Source of the DNA: Myxococcota bacterium
GTDB lineage: Bacteria > Myxococcota_A > Bradymonadia > UBA7976 > UBA1532
Length of the DNA stretch: 64,000 nucleotides
NCBI GenBank assembly: GCA_036337435.1
Contig: JAYZEG010000030.1
Coordinates: forward strand, 38,424 to 102,423
Direction: 5' to 3'
Under the pieces are notes generated by a model. The model was given only the letters and a program-made list of their open reading frames with translations. It searched no databases and was not told the origin of the DNA. Positions 39,658 through 48,781 of this stretch are shown in pieces. The position numbers and the translations under genes were made by a program. Position 1 is the first letter of the stretch, and each line of letters starts with the position of its first letter.

Positions 39658-39824
39658 AGCTAAAACGCTACAGGGAAACGCTCTTCTGGTATACAAATAC
39701 CATTTTGATTAGACACTTGGTCGACTTGAATTAGACCGGCGGTTTATGCCAAGTCTGTCACCGGACGAGCAATGATCCCCAAGGATCAGCTGGTGTCTTT
39801 AGACCGCTGTGAGATATTGCAGAT

Positions 39825-41141
39825 ATGGAACTCGACCCAAATAAACTGCACTTCATTCCACTCGGAGGCTGTGGCGAGATCGGAATGAACCTGAATGTTT
39901 ACGTGTATCAGAAGTCGGCTGTCATCGTCGATTGTGGCGTCATGTTTGCTGCTGAACAAAACGCCGCTGTTTTTCCTGAAATCGACGCATTATGGAGGAT
40001 CGCTGACCGAGTTTTGGCGATTCTGATTACCCACGCCCATCAGGACCACATCGGCGCCATCAAGGATTTGTGGCCAGAGTTAAAATGTCCCATTTACGGG
40101 AGCCGCTTTGCCATAGAGATGATCTATTCGAGTCTGTCGGAAACGACGTTTTCCAAGGATGTTCCCGTTCGAGTGCTCGATCACAGTGAGGCCTTTACAC
40201 TTGGGCCGTTTAAAGTCGAACGAATCCCGCTGACTCATAGCACGGTGGAAATGGGCGCCTTCGTCATTCGGGCGGGTGAGTCTACCGTACTTCACACAGG
40301 TGACTGGACCTTTGATTCGGACCCAATTGTGGGCCATACCTCCGACCTTGAGGCCTTAGACATCCTGAGCAGCCAAAATGTAGATGCGGTGGTCGGCGAC
40401 AGCACAAATGCCCTCGAGTCAGGTTGGACTGCAACGGAGGGGTCTTTGCGAGCGGAGTTACTCGAGCAAATTAAGGCCGCAACGGGCCGGGTTTTCGTGA
40501 CCATTTTTTCCTCCAACGTCGCCCGAATCCAGCTTTTGGCAGATTTGGCAAAAGAGACCGGTCGCACCTTGGTCGTCCTGGGGCGTTCCCTTCAGACGGT
40601 CGTTCGTGCAGCCCAAGCAGCTGGCTATCTGGCGACATTGCCCGAGCGCGTTGGTCCAAAGGAATACGGGTATTTGCCGCCTTCACAGGTTCTCGTCGTG
40701 TGTACGGGGAGCCAAGGCAGTCCCAACTCGATGCTTGGGGTCATGGCCAAGGACAAACGGACCGACGTTTATATGGAGTCGGGCGATACCGTGTTGTTTA
40801 GTGCGAGACGGGTTCCGGGCTGTGAGGAGGACATCGACACCGTTCAAGCCCTGTTGAGATCCAGGGGCATTGAGGTGGTCGATGAGCAGACTGCGCCCAT
40901 TCATGTCAGTGGACACCCCAAGCAAGATGAGCTGCGAACGATGTATGACCTCGTCAAGCCAAGATGCGTGATTCCAGTCCACGGCACCGCCAAACATTTG
41001 GACGCTCATATCGCGCTGGTGAGAAGCATGGGTCTGGCGGCAGAGCGCATCGAAAACGGCGATGTGGTCGAAATTGGTGAGACCTGCATTCGGATCGGTC
41101 AGGTGACCACTGGACAAAGACGCCGGCTTTTGGGCGGTTGA
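39825..41141 (+). CDS. rnj: Ribonuclease J-like (MBL/beta-CASP), lacking the C-terminal domain
   Basis: PLGGCGEIGMN, THAHQDHIG, HTGDW, DSTNA, HVSGH, PVHG. Confidence 0.88.
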   Translation: MELDPNKLHFIPLGGCGEIGMNLNVYVYQKSAVIVDCGVMFAAEQNAAVFPEIDALWRIADRVLAILITHAHQDHIGAIKDLWPELKCPIYGSRFAIEMIYSSLSETTFSKDVPVRVLDHSEAFTLGPFKVERIPLTHSTVEMGAFVIRAGESTVLHTGDWTFDSDPIVGHTSDLEALDILSSQNVDAVVGDSTNALESGWTATEGSLRAELLEQIKAATGRVFVTIFSSNVARIQLLADLAKETGRTLVVLGRSLQTVVRAAQAAGYLATLPERVGPKEYGYLPPSQVLVVCTGSQGSPNSMLGVMAKDKRTDVYMESGDTVLFSARRVPGCEEDIDTVQALLRSRGIEVVDEQTAPIHVSGHPKQDELRTMYDLVKPRCVIPVHGTAKHLDAHIALVRSMGLAAERIENGDVVEIGETCIRIGQVTTGQRRRLLGG

Positions 41142-41195
41142 AAGTCCACCGCAGCGGGCAAAATAAAACCCTTTAATAGGTCTGAAAGGCCAATT

Positions 41196-41603
41196 TCAGC
41201 AGATGGCTAGACGCCAACAGCAGGTACGGATAGACCAGGGTCTACCGACACAGTTCCCGCGTTTGCATTGAACACCGGATAAATATCGGTAATCGTTGCC
41301 CTCACCCGGACTGTACAGTCCCGTTTTGGATACACCGCTGTCGTCTTCGGGATAACGTCCTACGGACGTTAAATTTGCGGTATCAAGGCAGTCGTGTCCG
41401 AAGCCGAGCTGGTCTCGCATCTCGTCGGTGACGCAAAGGCCGTTCCCGGAGCAGGCTGTCCAGGGGATGCAAACTGATGCAGACGGAAATGGGCGGCTTT
41501 GATCACCGACACCACCCCCTGTGAGGACACCACGACCGGTCCAGTTGGAGACGGATAACAGTTCATATGGTCGTCCATAGCCACCTCGGTCCAGTTTTGT
41601 CAC
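41196..41603 (-). CDS. Possible Cys-rich hypothetical protein (135 aa)
   Basis: Open frame from GTG 41603 filling an otherwise empty 500-bp gap; no recognisable family. Confidence 0.3.
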   Translation of the reverse strand: MTKLDRGGYGRPYELLSVSNWTGRGVLTGGGVGDQSRPFPSASVCIPWTACSGNGLCVTDEMRDQLGFGHDCLDTANLTSVGRYPEDDSGVSKTGLYSPGEGNDYRYLSGVQCKRGNCVGRPWSIRTCCWRLAIC

Positions 41604-41638
41604 TCTCTTAGTAACAGCGAGCCGACTGGAGAGTTCAC

Positions 41639-42175
41639 ATGGAATGCATTGACAACGATTTGGCCCAAGCGAAAATCTATAGCTCCGATGGGCAAGAGAA
41701 ACGCTTCTCTGACCTCTACGACTCTGGCCGTGTCCTGATTGTTTTTGTGCGCCACTTTGGCTGTATCTTTTGTCGACAGCGATTGGGACATCTAAAAGCA
41801 CTCCTTTCCCGATTCGCTGAGGTCAACACTCAGGTTGCCGTCATCGGGAATGGGACAGAGTTAATGGCCCAAGCCTTTGCCGATGACCTGAACCTGGATG
41901 TCCCACTGTACACAGATCCGAAGCGCGAGACCTATCGACTGGCCGGGATGAAACGAAACTTCGGTCTAGGCCCGCGATCGATTCTAAATGCAGCTCGGTC
42001 TTGGAAAGATGGCTACCGTCAGGGTGCCATCGCGGGCGATGTGTGGCAGCAGGGTGGTGCGATGGTGGTCCAAACTGACGCCCAGGTCGTCTGGCATCAA
42101 CCGGACACTGAGGCTGGCGACGTCATCGACTTCGAAGCGATTGTGAATGCCATCAAGCTGGGGCAGAAATCATGA
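41639..42175 (+). CDS. Peroxiredoxin-like AhpC/TSA antioxidant protein (FAM213/SelU-like)
   Basis: FVRHFGCIFCR, YTDP, QQGG; GGAG SD. Confidence 0.88.
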   Translation: MECIDNDLAQAKIYSSDGQEKRFSDLYDSGRVLIVFVRHFGCIFCRQRLGHLKALLSRFAEVNTQVAVIGNGTELMAQAFADDLNLDVPLYTDPKRETYRLAGMKRNFGLGPRSILNAARSWKDGYRQGAIAGDVWQQGGAMVVQTDAQVVWHQPDTEAGDVIDFEAIVNAIKLGQKS

Positions 42176-43134
42176 GTTTTTGGTCGAAGGCACTCGATCG
42201 ATCAATCGTCTTTTCCTTCGATAAAACCGGCTATAAAAGACACGCGAAGGATTTTTTGGCGACGGAGACAGAGGGGTTACTCACCGACAAAACATTTTTG
42301 ATCACAGGCTGCAATTCGGGCATCGGCTTTGCCTGCGCCAGGCAGCTTCTGCAACGAGACGCCCGTGTCATCATGGTCTGTCGTTCGGAGGAACGTGGTC
42401 GGTCTGCTCGAACTCAATTGATTGCAGAGACCCATAATTCAAAAGTCGAACTCCGACTGGCTGACATGGCTGACCTAGACCAGATCAATTCAATGGCCAA
42501 CGGATTTTCGGAGCCCTTAGATGGCCTGATTCACAATGCAGGCAATCTGATCCATGAAAAAATAACGGCCTCCTGTGGTGTGGAATACATCACGGCCTTA
42601 CACGTGGTGGGGCCTTACCTTCTGTCCATGCGGCTCAAGGCAAATCTCACCGAATCGGGCTCGCAAAACGCAGCCAGAGTCGTCTTCGTCTCGTCTGGTG
42701 GGATGTATACCCAACGGCTGAATTGTGACCAACTTTTTGACCCCAGCGGACCCTATGATGGGGTCAGGCATTACGCACACACGAAACGGGGTCAGGTTGT
42801 CCTGGCCAAAGCCTTACACCAGCGGTGGTCTGATGCTGGACTCAGCGTTCATGCGATGCACCCCGGATGGGTCGATACGCCTGCCGTCCGACGCGCCATA
42901 CCCACCTTCGCAAAGCTCACAAGTCCCATTTTAAGGAATCCGGATCAGGGGGCAGATACGCTGTCGTGGCTTGCAGGCGGCCCAAGATTGAAGATTGACG
43001 AAGACTTTGGGTTTTGGTTCGACCGAATGCGAGCACCGCTCCACTTGAAAAAGAGCACTGCATCGCCCGAGGATGACGGCACTCTTTTACTGGACCGACT
43101 CAGCGACATGATCAACAGGGGGGCTGCTTGCTAA
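42172..43134 (+). CDS. Short-chain dehydrogenase/reductase (DHRS12-like)
   Basis: TGCNSGIG, HNAG, SSGGMY, YAHTK, MHPGWVDTP; ATGA overlap. Confidence 0.9.
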   Translation: MSFWSKALDRSIVFSFDKTGYKRHAKDFLATETEGLLTDKTFLITGCNSGIGFACARQLLQRDARVIMVCRSEERGRSARTQLIAETHNSKVELRLADMADLDQINSMANGFSEPLDGLIHNAGNLIHEKITASCGVEYITALHVVGPYLLSMRLKANLTESGSQNAARVVFVSSGGMYTQRLNCDQLFDPSGPYDGVRHYAHTKRGQVVLAKALHQRWSDAGLSVHAMHPGWVDTPAVRRAIPTFAKLTSPILRNPDQGADTLSWLAGGPRLKIDEDFGFWFDRMRAPLHLKKSTASPEDDGTLLLDRLSDMINRGAAC

Positions 43135-43907
43135 TGGCGTAGCCTTTTGATGCCGTCGACGAGAATTTGCACTTCGTTGGAATAGAGCTCACCCCGAGGA
43201 GAGGCGCCCGGGTTGATTCTGACGGCACCAACGCCCAGGCTGAGTAACAAGGGAAAGAGCGACATCCCGTCAACGAGCGTCGCCGCATGGCCGGTGGGGC
43301 TAAAACGGTCCAAGTGCTCCAGAGTCGTGAAAAGTGCTGCCACTGGACGGTCACCAAGGGTGTCTATGGAGCTGATTGCAGGCGGCTCCTCGGTCGCCAC
43401 GGTCGGCTCGTCAACAGCAACAAGAAAGGACCGTTTGACCAACATCATATACAGGCCTGTTCGTGCAGCCCATGACCGCTCCCGCGCCAAATTCTCCATC
43501 GCCTTGTGAATCTCAACAGCATCGAGTTCGGGGTGGTCCTCAAAACAGATTTTGGTCTCAAAACTCTCAGCATCAAAAAATGTCGATAGGGTGTCTATGG
43601 CCCATTGAACCCACGTGTCTAACTCGGCTGTATCGACCCCGATGTTACGGGAAAAATTATCCGATGCACGTGAGCGGCGAAATCCAATTTTTTCGCAATG
43701 TGCTGCAAATTCAACCGTCATCCGACTCCGATCAACCTGCCGTCCAGCGGACACCTCGACTCCGACTTCACCGAGGCCCGGCTGACCAAAAAAAACGGCG
43801 TAGCCGTCATTGCCAATGATGGCTACCCGTCGACGACGGGCATTCGATGCTACCAGCGCCTCGAGATGTTTCCGTACAGTCTCTTTGACCTCATTGTGCT
43901 TCTCCAT
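43131..43907 (-). CDS. Protein with a C-terminal SseB-like domain
   Basis: FLVAV...ALFTT...L...VRINPG pattern typical of SseB N-domains; N-terminal half unassigned. Confidence 0.55.
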   Translation of the reverse strand: MEKHNEVKETVRKHLEALVASNARRRRVAIIGNDGYAVFFGQPGLGEVGVEVSAGRQVDRSRMTVEFAAHCEKIGFRRSRASDNFSRNIGVDTAELDTWVQWAIDTLSTFFDAESFETKICFEDHPELDAVEIHKAMENLARERSWAARTGLYMMLVKRSFLVAVDEPTVATEEPPAISSIDTLGDRPVAALFTTLEHLDRFSPTGHAATLVDGMSLFPLLLSLGVGAVRINPGASPRGELYSNEVQILVDGIKRLRH

Positions 43908-44150
43908 GACGCGTGTCCTCCATCTGTGTTTAGTCAGCAGCTGCTGGCTCAGGCCCTGACAAACCCTCTGCATCGAGGTCTGCCCTTTCTACTCTGACAA
44001 CGCCAAAGTCGGCCACTGGGTGCGCTCCATGTGACTGCTTGCAATACAGAGCATGCCGTAAGCAATTTGGTGGCAGTGCAACGCGAGAATTGAAAACCAC
44101 ACGGCCAGCGGTACCGCTGGTTCGACCGTCATCCTATTTCTGGCATCACA

Positions 44151-46028
44151 TCAAGGCTCAGCAGAAAAATTGGACGATGCGATTCGCTGTTTTTGACGCA
44201 TGTCTATCTGGTCCAAGTTGTCGCGGGGAATCGCTGCAATCAGACGCTCAGTATAGGGCTCTTTTGGATTTTGATAGATGGCTTCGCTGGGACCAAACTC
44301 AACAAATTTGCCTTGGTTCATGACAGCCATCATGTCGCTCATGAATTTGACGACACTCAAATCATGGCTGATGAAGATATAGGTGAGTCCAAATTCAGCC
44401 TGAAGATCCTTCAACAAGTTCAAGACCTGCGCCTGTACAGACACGTCGAGGGCAGAGACTGACTCATCACAAATGATCAGGTCTGGCTTGAGAGACAAAG
44501 ACCGCGCGATACAGATCCGCTGCCGCTGCCCGCCTGAAAATTCATGCGGGTATCGATTGAGGTATTGGGCACCCGGCAGACCAACTTTATCGAGTAAATC
44601 GAGCACCATAGCTCGCCGTTGTTCGTAATCTTCACCAATGCCATGGACATCCATAGGCTCCATGATCGTCGTCTCGATGGTCTTCCTGGGATTGAGGGAG
44701 CCGTACGGGTCCTGGAAAATAATTTGGAATCGTTTTCTAAACTTTCTCAGCTCGGCTTGGGACATCGTCGTGATGTCCTGACCATCGAAGATGACCTGAC
44801 CGGCTGTCGGGTCGATCAAACGCATCACGGCGCGACCCGTCGTGGTCTTTCCACAACCAGACTCGCCAACAAACCCAAGGGTCTGTCCGCGGTAGACATC
44901 AAAACTCACTCCATCCACAGCTTTGACGTGGTCGACAATTTTACTAAAAAACCCTTTCCTAACTGGGAAATGCATCTTTAGGTCGCGAACACTCAAGAGT
45001 GGCTTTTCATCGAGTCCTGCAAAGGTCGTGTCATCGGCATAGTCGCTTCGATCGGTGGAGTAGCCCAACTCGCCCAAACGCTCGATTGGATACAGATGGC
45101 GACCGCGCCCGTCCAATTCCATTCCCTCAAGCCAACCCGGTTCGAGCACGCGTTCCTCAATACTGTAGTTACCCTCATCGTCATAAACCGTGTCCATATA
45201 ATCAGGTACGGTGGGCAGGCGTCTCAGCTTCGATTCTAACTTGGGCCGACATGCGAGAAGACCCTTCGTGTATGGATGCTCGGGCGACTCAAAGATTTGT
45301 TTGACACCGCCATACTCGACCAATTTACCGCGATACATCACGGCAACCTCATCAGCGATCTCGGCGATGACACCCAAATCATGCGTGATGAAGATCATCC
45401 CCATGCCCCGCTGGTCACGTAATCGTCTCAACAAATCAAGAATTTGAGCCTGAATCGTGACATCCAATGCGGTTGTTGGCTCATCGGCGATTAAGAGCTT
45501 TGGGTTACACGACAGAGCCATCGCGATCATTACGCGTTGTTTTTGACCCCCGGACATTTCATGTGGATACATGTCAACCCGTTGCTCTGGGTCTGGAATG
45601 CCCACTTCTCTAAACAGTTCAATGGTCCGCGCTCGAGCTGCTTTTTTGTCAACCTGCTGGTGAAGCATAATCGCTTCCATGACCTGGTTGCCCGTTGTGT
45701 AAACGGGGTTTAACGAGGTCATCGGTTCCTGGAAGATCATCGAGATCTCCGCCCCCCTGATGGAGCGAATTTTTGCCTCGCTCATGTCCCGTAAGTTTTC
45801 CCCGGCAAACAGGATCTTAGAGCCTTCTTCGAGGCGAGCTGTCTGCGGAGGTAATAGGCGCATGATAGACAGACTGGTCACGGATTTTCCACTACCCGAC
45901 TCACCGACAATTCCCAATGTCTGCCCGGCTTTGACTTGGACATTGAGGCCGTCGACCGCTTTAACAACGCCGATATCCGTATGGAAGTAGGTTCGGAGGT
46001 TTTCTAGCTTTAAAATGGTGTCACTCAT
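44151..46028 (-). CDS. Peptide/nickel ABC transporter, fused double ATPase (OppD/F-like)
   Basis: Two GESGxGK P-loops and two SGGQ signatures. Confidence 0.95.
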   Translation of the reverse strand: MSDTILKLENLRTYFHTDIGVVKAVDGLNVQVKAGQTLGIVGESGSGKSVTSLSIMRLLPPQTARLEEGSKILFAGENLRDMSEAKIRSIRGAEISMIFQEPMTSLNPVYTTGNQVMEAIMLHQQVDKKAARARTIELFREVGIPDPEQRVDMYPHEMSGGQKQRVMIAMALSCNPKLLIADEPTTALDVTIQAQILDLLRRLRDQRGMGMIFITHDLGVIAEIADEVAVMYRGKLVEYGGVKQIFESPEHPYTKGLLACRPKLESKLRRLPTVPDYMDTVYDDEGNYSIEERVLEPGWLEGMELDGRGRHLYPIERLGELGYSTDRSDYADDTTFAGLDEKPLLSVRDLKMHFPVRKGFFSKIVDHVKAVDGVSFDVYRGQTLGFVGESGCGKTTTGRAVMRLIDPTAGQVIFDGQDITTMSQAELRKFRKRFQIIFQDPYGSLNPRKTIETTIMEPMDVHGIGEDYEQRRAMVLDLLDKVGLPGAQYLNRYPHEFSGGQRQRICIARSLSLKPDLIICDESVSALDVSVQAQVLNLLKDLQAEFGLTYIFISHDLSVVKFMSDMMAVMNQGKFVEFGPSEAIYQNPKEPYTERLIAAIPRDNLDQIDMRQKQRIASSNFSAEP

Positions 46029-46039
46029 CGCTGTCTACC

Positions 46040-47323
46040 TCATTTCCGCATCTTGGGATCCAGGGCATCTCGTAACCCTTCCCCGACCAAATTAAGGAGC
46101 GTGACCGTAATGAAGATGGCGAGACCCGGAATCAAAATGAGATGCCATTCTTGAGTGAGGTAACCATCTCGTAGGGTCTGACCCCACGACGGTACATTGA
46201 TGTCTCCGAGGCCTAGAAATGAGAGTGAACTCTCAATCAAGATGGCCGCCGCGACACCAAAGGTCGCTGCCACCAAAACAGGACCCAGGGCGTTGGGTAA
46301 AATATGCTGGAAAATGATCCGACGCGTCGAGAAACCCAGTGCGATTGCGCTTGTGACAAAGTCCAGGTTTCTCAACCGATAAAATTCACCACGCACCAAT
46401 CGAGCAACACCCGTCCATCGCAATAACCCGATAACCAGCATGATGTGAAAAATAGACGGCTCTTCAATAAATGAAATCAGCACCAATAAAACAATTAACG
46501 TCGGCACAGCCATCACGATCTCGATGACACGCTGAATAATCAAGTCGATACGGCCGCGAAAATAACCCGCAAAGGCACCCAGAAAGATCCCGATGGTCAC
46601 ATAGATGCCAACGGCGATGACGCCCACCGACAAAGAGATCCGAATGCCGTACAGCATACGGACCATCACGTCACGGCCAACAGAATCGGTTCCCATGGTG
46701 TATGATCGACACTCACCCGCACTCTGATCTTGTTTTGAACAATCAGCTGTAAAGCCGGGCTTTTTGAGCTTGTCTTTCAAGATTTGCTTCGAATACCCGT
46801 ATTCGATGGGCGGAAAAACAGCACTGATGGTGCGGGATTCCTTTGTCGTGGCCTCGACATAATCTTCGTAGCTGTGGATGTTTTTACGACCCTGTGGATT
46901 CAATAAAATGAAGATAAAACACAGGGTAAAAAAACCGGCCAAGAGCTGCCCGAACCGCTTCATTTTCTGCCGGCGTACACGCTTGCTTAAACCGAAAGAT
47001 TGAATCCGCCGCACACCAACAATCCAGAGACAGAAAAGCGGAACACCCAAAACCAGCAAGAGATTAAAGAACTTGTCGACACCGTTCTCGAAATAATTGT
47101 CGTCAAATAGAGAGGTAAACCAAGGAAAATAGGTGGTCCCACCCTCCTGCCAATAAAACGCCCTTTCGGAGGCAATAATTGGTGCAAATATCGCGAGGAT
47201 AAACATCCCGGCTAAAAGCCAGAGAGACAAATAAGCTGTCTTATTCTTCTTGAATTGACTCCAGACAATGTCACTAAAGGTCGCATCTTCGTGTCCGGCT
47301 GACTGCTTTACAACATTCGACAT
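46040..47323 (-). CDS. Peptide ABC transporter permease (OppC/DppC-like)
   Basis: GTDSVGRD, HILPN, SFLGLG, GLRDALDP. Confidence 0.93.
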   Translation of the reverse strand: MSNVVKQSAGHEDATFSDIVWSQFKKNKTAYLSLWLLAGMFILAIFAPIIASERAFYWQEGGTTYFPWFTSLFDDNYFENGVDKFFNLLLVLGVPLFCLWIVGVRRIQSFGLSKRVRRQKMKRFGQLLAGFFTLCFIFILLNPQGRKNIHSYEDYVEATTKESRTISAVFPPIEYGYSKQILKDKLKKPGFTADCSKQDQSAGECRSYTMGTDSVGRDVMVRMLYGIRISLSVGVIAVGIYVTIGIFLGAFAGYFRGRIDLIIQRVIEIVMAVPTLIVLLVLISFIEEPSIFHIMLVIGLLRWTGVARLVRGEFYRLRNLDFVTSAIALGFSTRRIIFQHILPNALGPVLVAATFGVAAAILIESSLSFLGLGDINVPSWGQTLRDGYLTQEWHLILIPGLAIFITVTLLNLVGEGLRDALDPKMRK

Positions 47324-47332
47324 CTCGACCTC

Positions 47333-48772
47333 CTAATCAAACGTGATTCGTGGGTCGACAAGCGCATAGGATAAGTCTGCCAAGAGCATGCCGATGAGTG
47401 TCAATAAACTGGAGATCAGCAACACGGCCATGACCACATTGTAATCGTACTGCGTGACGCTCGTGAAGATGTAGCTGCCCATGCCGGGTATCTGGAAGAT
47501 GACTTCAATGATGACCGAGCCGCCGATCAGCGCTGGCAGCAATGTTGCCATCAGCGTCAAAATAGGAATCATCCCATTTCGAGCCGCATGCTTCACGATA
47601 ACGATTCCCTCGGGCAGACCTTTTGCTCGAGCCGTTCGGATATAATCGGCCCGAATCACATCGAGTAAGCCCGTCCGCGCATATCGGGACAGCGCAGCCA
47701 AGCCCCCATAACTCATGCAAACGATCGGCAAGGTCACATGCCACAAAACATCCTTAATCACTTCTAATGCTGTCATTTCATGAGCATCACTGGATTGAAA
47801 TCCCAGATTGGGAAAGATCGCCCAGTCGCCGACGGTGAGCGCATTGAGCAAAATCACAGCAACAAAGAAAGACGGCAGGCTGTAGAGCATGAACAGGATG
47901 AAGGTCACTAATTTGTCAGCGACCGTGTTCTGTCTGACAGCCGACCAGATGCCCAACGGCAATGAGATAAGATAGATAAGAAAAACCGAGCTGACGGCGA
48001 GTGTAATCGAATATTTAAGCTTGGAGAGAACCGTCTCCAACACGGGTTTTTTATCGATATGAGACTTACCAAAATCAAGCCTTAATAGGTTGCTCCAGTA
48101 CTTCGCAAAACGGGTGTCCGTGAAAAATATTGAGACCTTATCTGGAAACGAATAGGACCAGACTTTGGAGTGAGTAGACCACCATTGTCGCCAAAATTCG
48201 ACCACCTGAGCCTCGGTTTTTTCACCCGCCTTATCGACATAAAACCGCCAGGCTTTGATCTCTCGATTGCGCTTTGCAATGGCTTTATTTTCGAGCCTCT
48301 CAGCGTCGATATTATCGGTAAACTTGGTGATAATTCGCTCTTTTGCATTGACTGTGAGTCGCTGACTGGCCTTGGCCCTCATTTCCACGCGCTCATGATT
48401 AAGAAGACAATGGATCAGGCTCGGAACCGCATAACGTCCCCAATTCTCAATGCGGTCACGGGCCGCGATTTGATCTGCGAGACTCACGGATTTGTCCAGA
48501 TTTAAAATCTGTTCCAGTGTGGCTTCGACATCGTCATTGGACAGAGCGTAACGGGTGTTGAACAAAATGGGTTTGTCGAGATTAAATTGCTCTTTGAAAA
48601 TTCGATACGATTCCCGATTATCGCCCTTTTGGGCATCCTGGGAACCCTCGCCCGATAACTGATTTGCACCCGGATTACCGGCACCGAAGTTGAGGAGCAC
48701 AAAGACCAACATACTGATGGCAAAGAAGGTCGGCACCATGAGCGCGATTCGCTTTAAAGTATAGGTTAACAT
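47333..48772 (-). CDS. Peptide ABC transporter permease (OppB/DppB-like) with a large insertion
   Basis: LDKP, DFGKS, DYIRTARAKGL, DPRI. Confidence 0.93.
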   Translation of the reverse strand: MLTYTLKRIALMVPTFFAISMLVFVLLNFGAGNPGANQLSGEGSQDAQKGDNRESYRIFKEQFNLDKPILFNTRYALSNDDVEATLEQILNLDKSVSLADQIAARDRIENWGRYAVPSLIHCLLNHERVEMRAKASQRLTVNAKERIITKFTDNIDAERLENKAIAKRNREIKAWRFYVDKAGEKTEAQVVEFWRQWWSTHSKVWSYSFPDKVSIFFTDTRFAKYWSNLLRLDFGKSHIDKKPVLETVLSKLKYSITLAVSSVFLIYLISLPLGIWSAVRQNTVADKLVTFILFMLYSLPSFFVAVILLNALTVGDWAIFPNLGFQSSDAHEMTALEVIKDVLWHVTLPIVCMSYGGLAALSRYARTGLLDVIRADYIRTARAKGLPEGIVIVKHAARNGMIPILTLMATLLPALIGGSVIIEVIFQIPGMGSYIFTSVTQYDYNVVMAVLLISSLLTLIGMLLADLSYALVDPRITFD

Positions 48773-48781
48773 GGCACTCTC

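Noticed and set aside
41139..41445. RNase P RNA (GAAAGTCC at ~41140) or c-di-GMP-I riboswitch (GACGCAAAG at ~41430)
   Set aside because: Only short fragments match; the other conserved elements are missing.
41639..42175. Selenoprotein, since this family often has Sec
   Set aside because: Both CxxC codons are TGT; there is no in-frame TGA.
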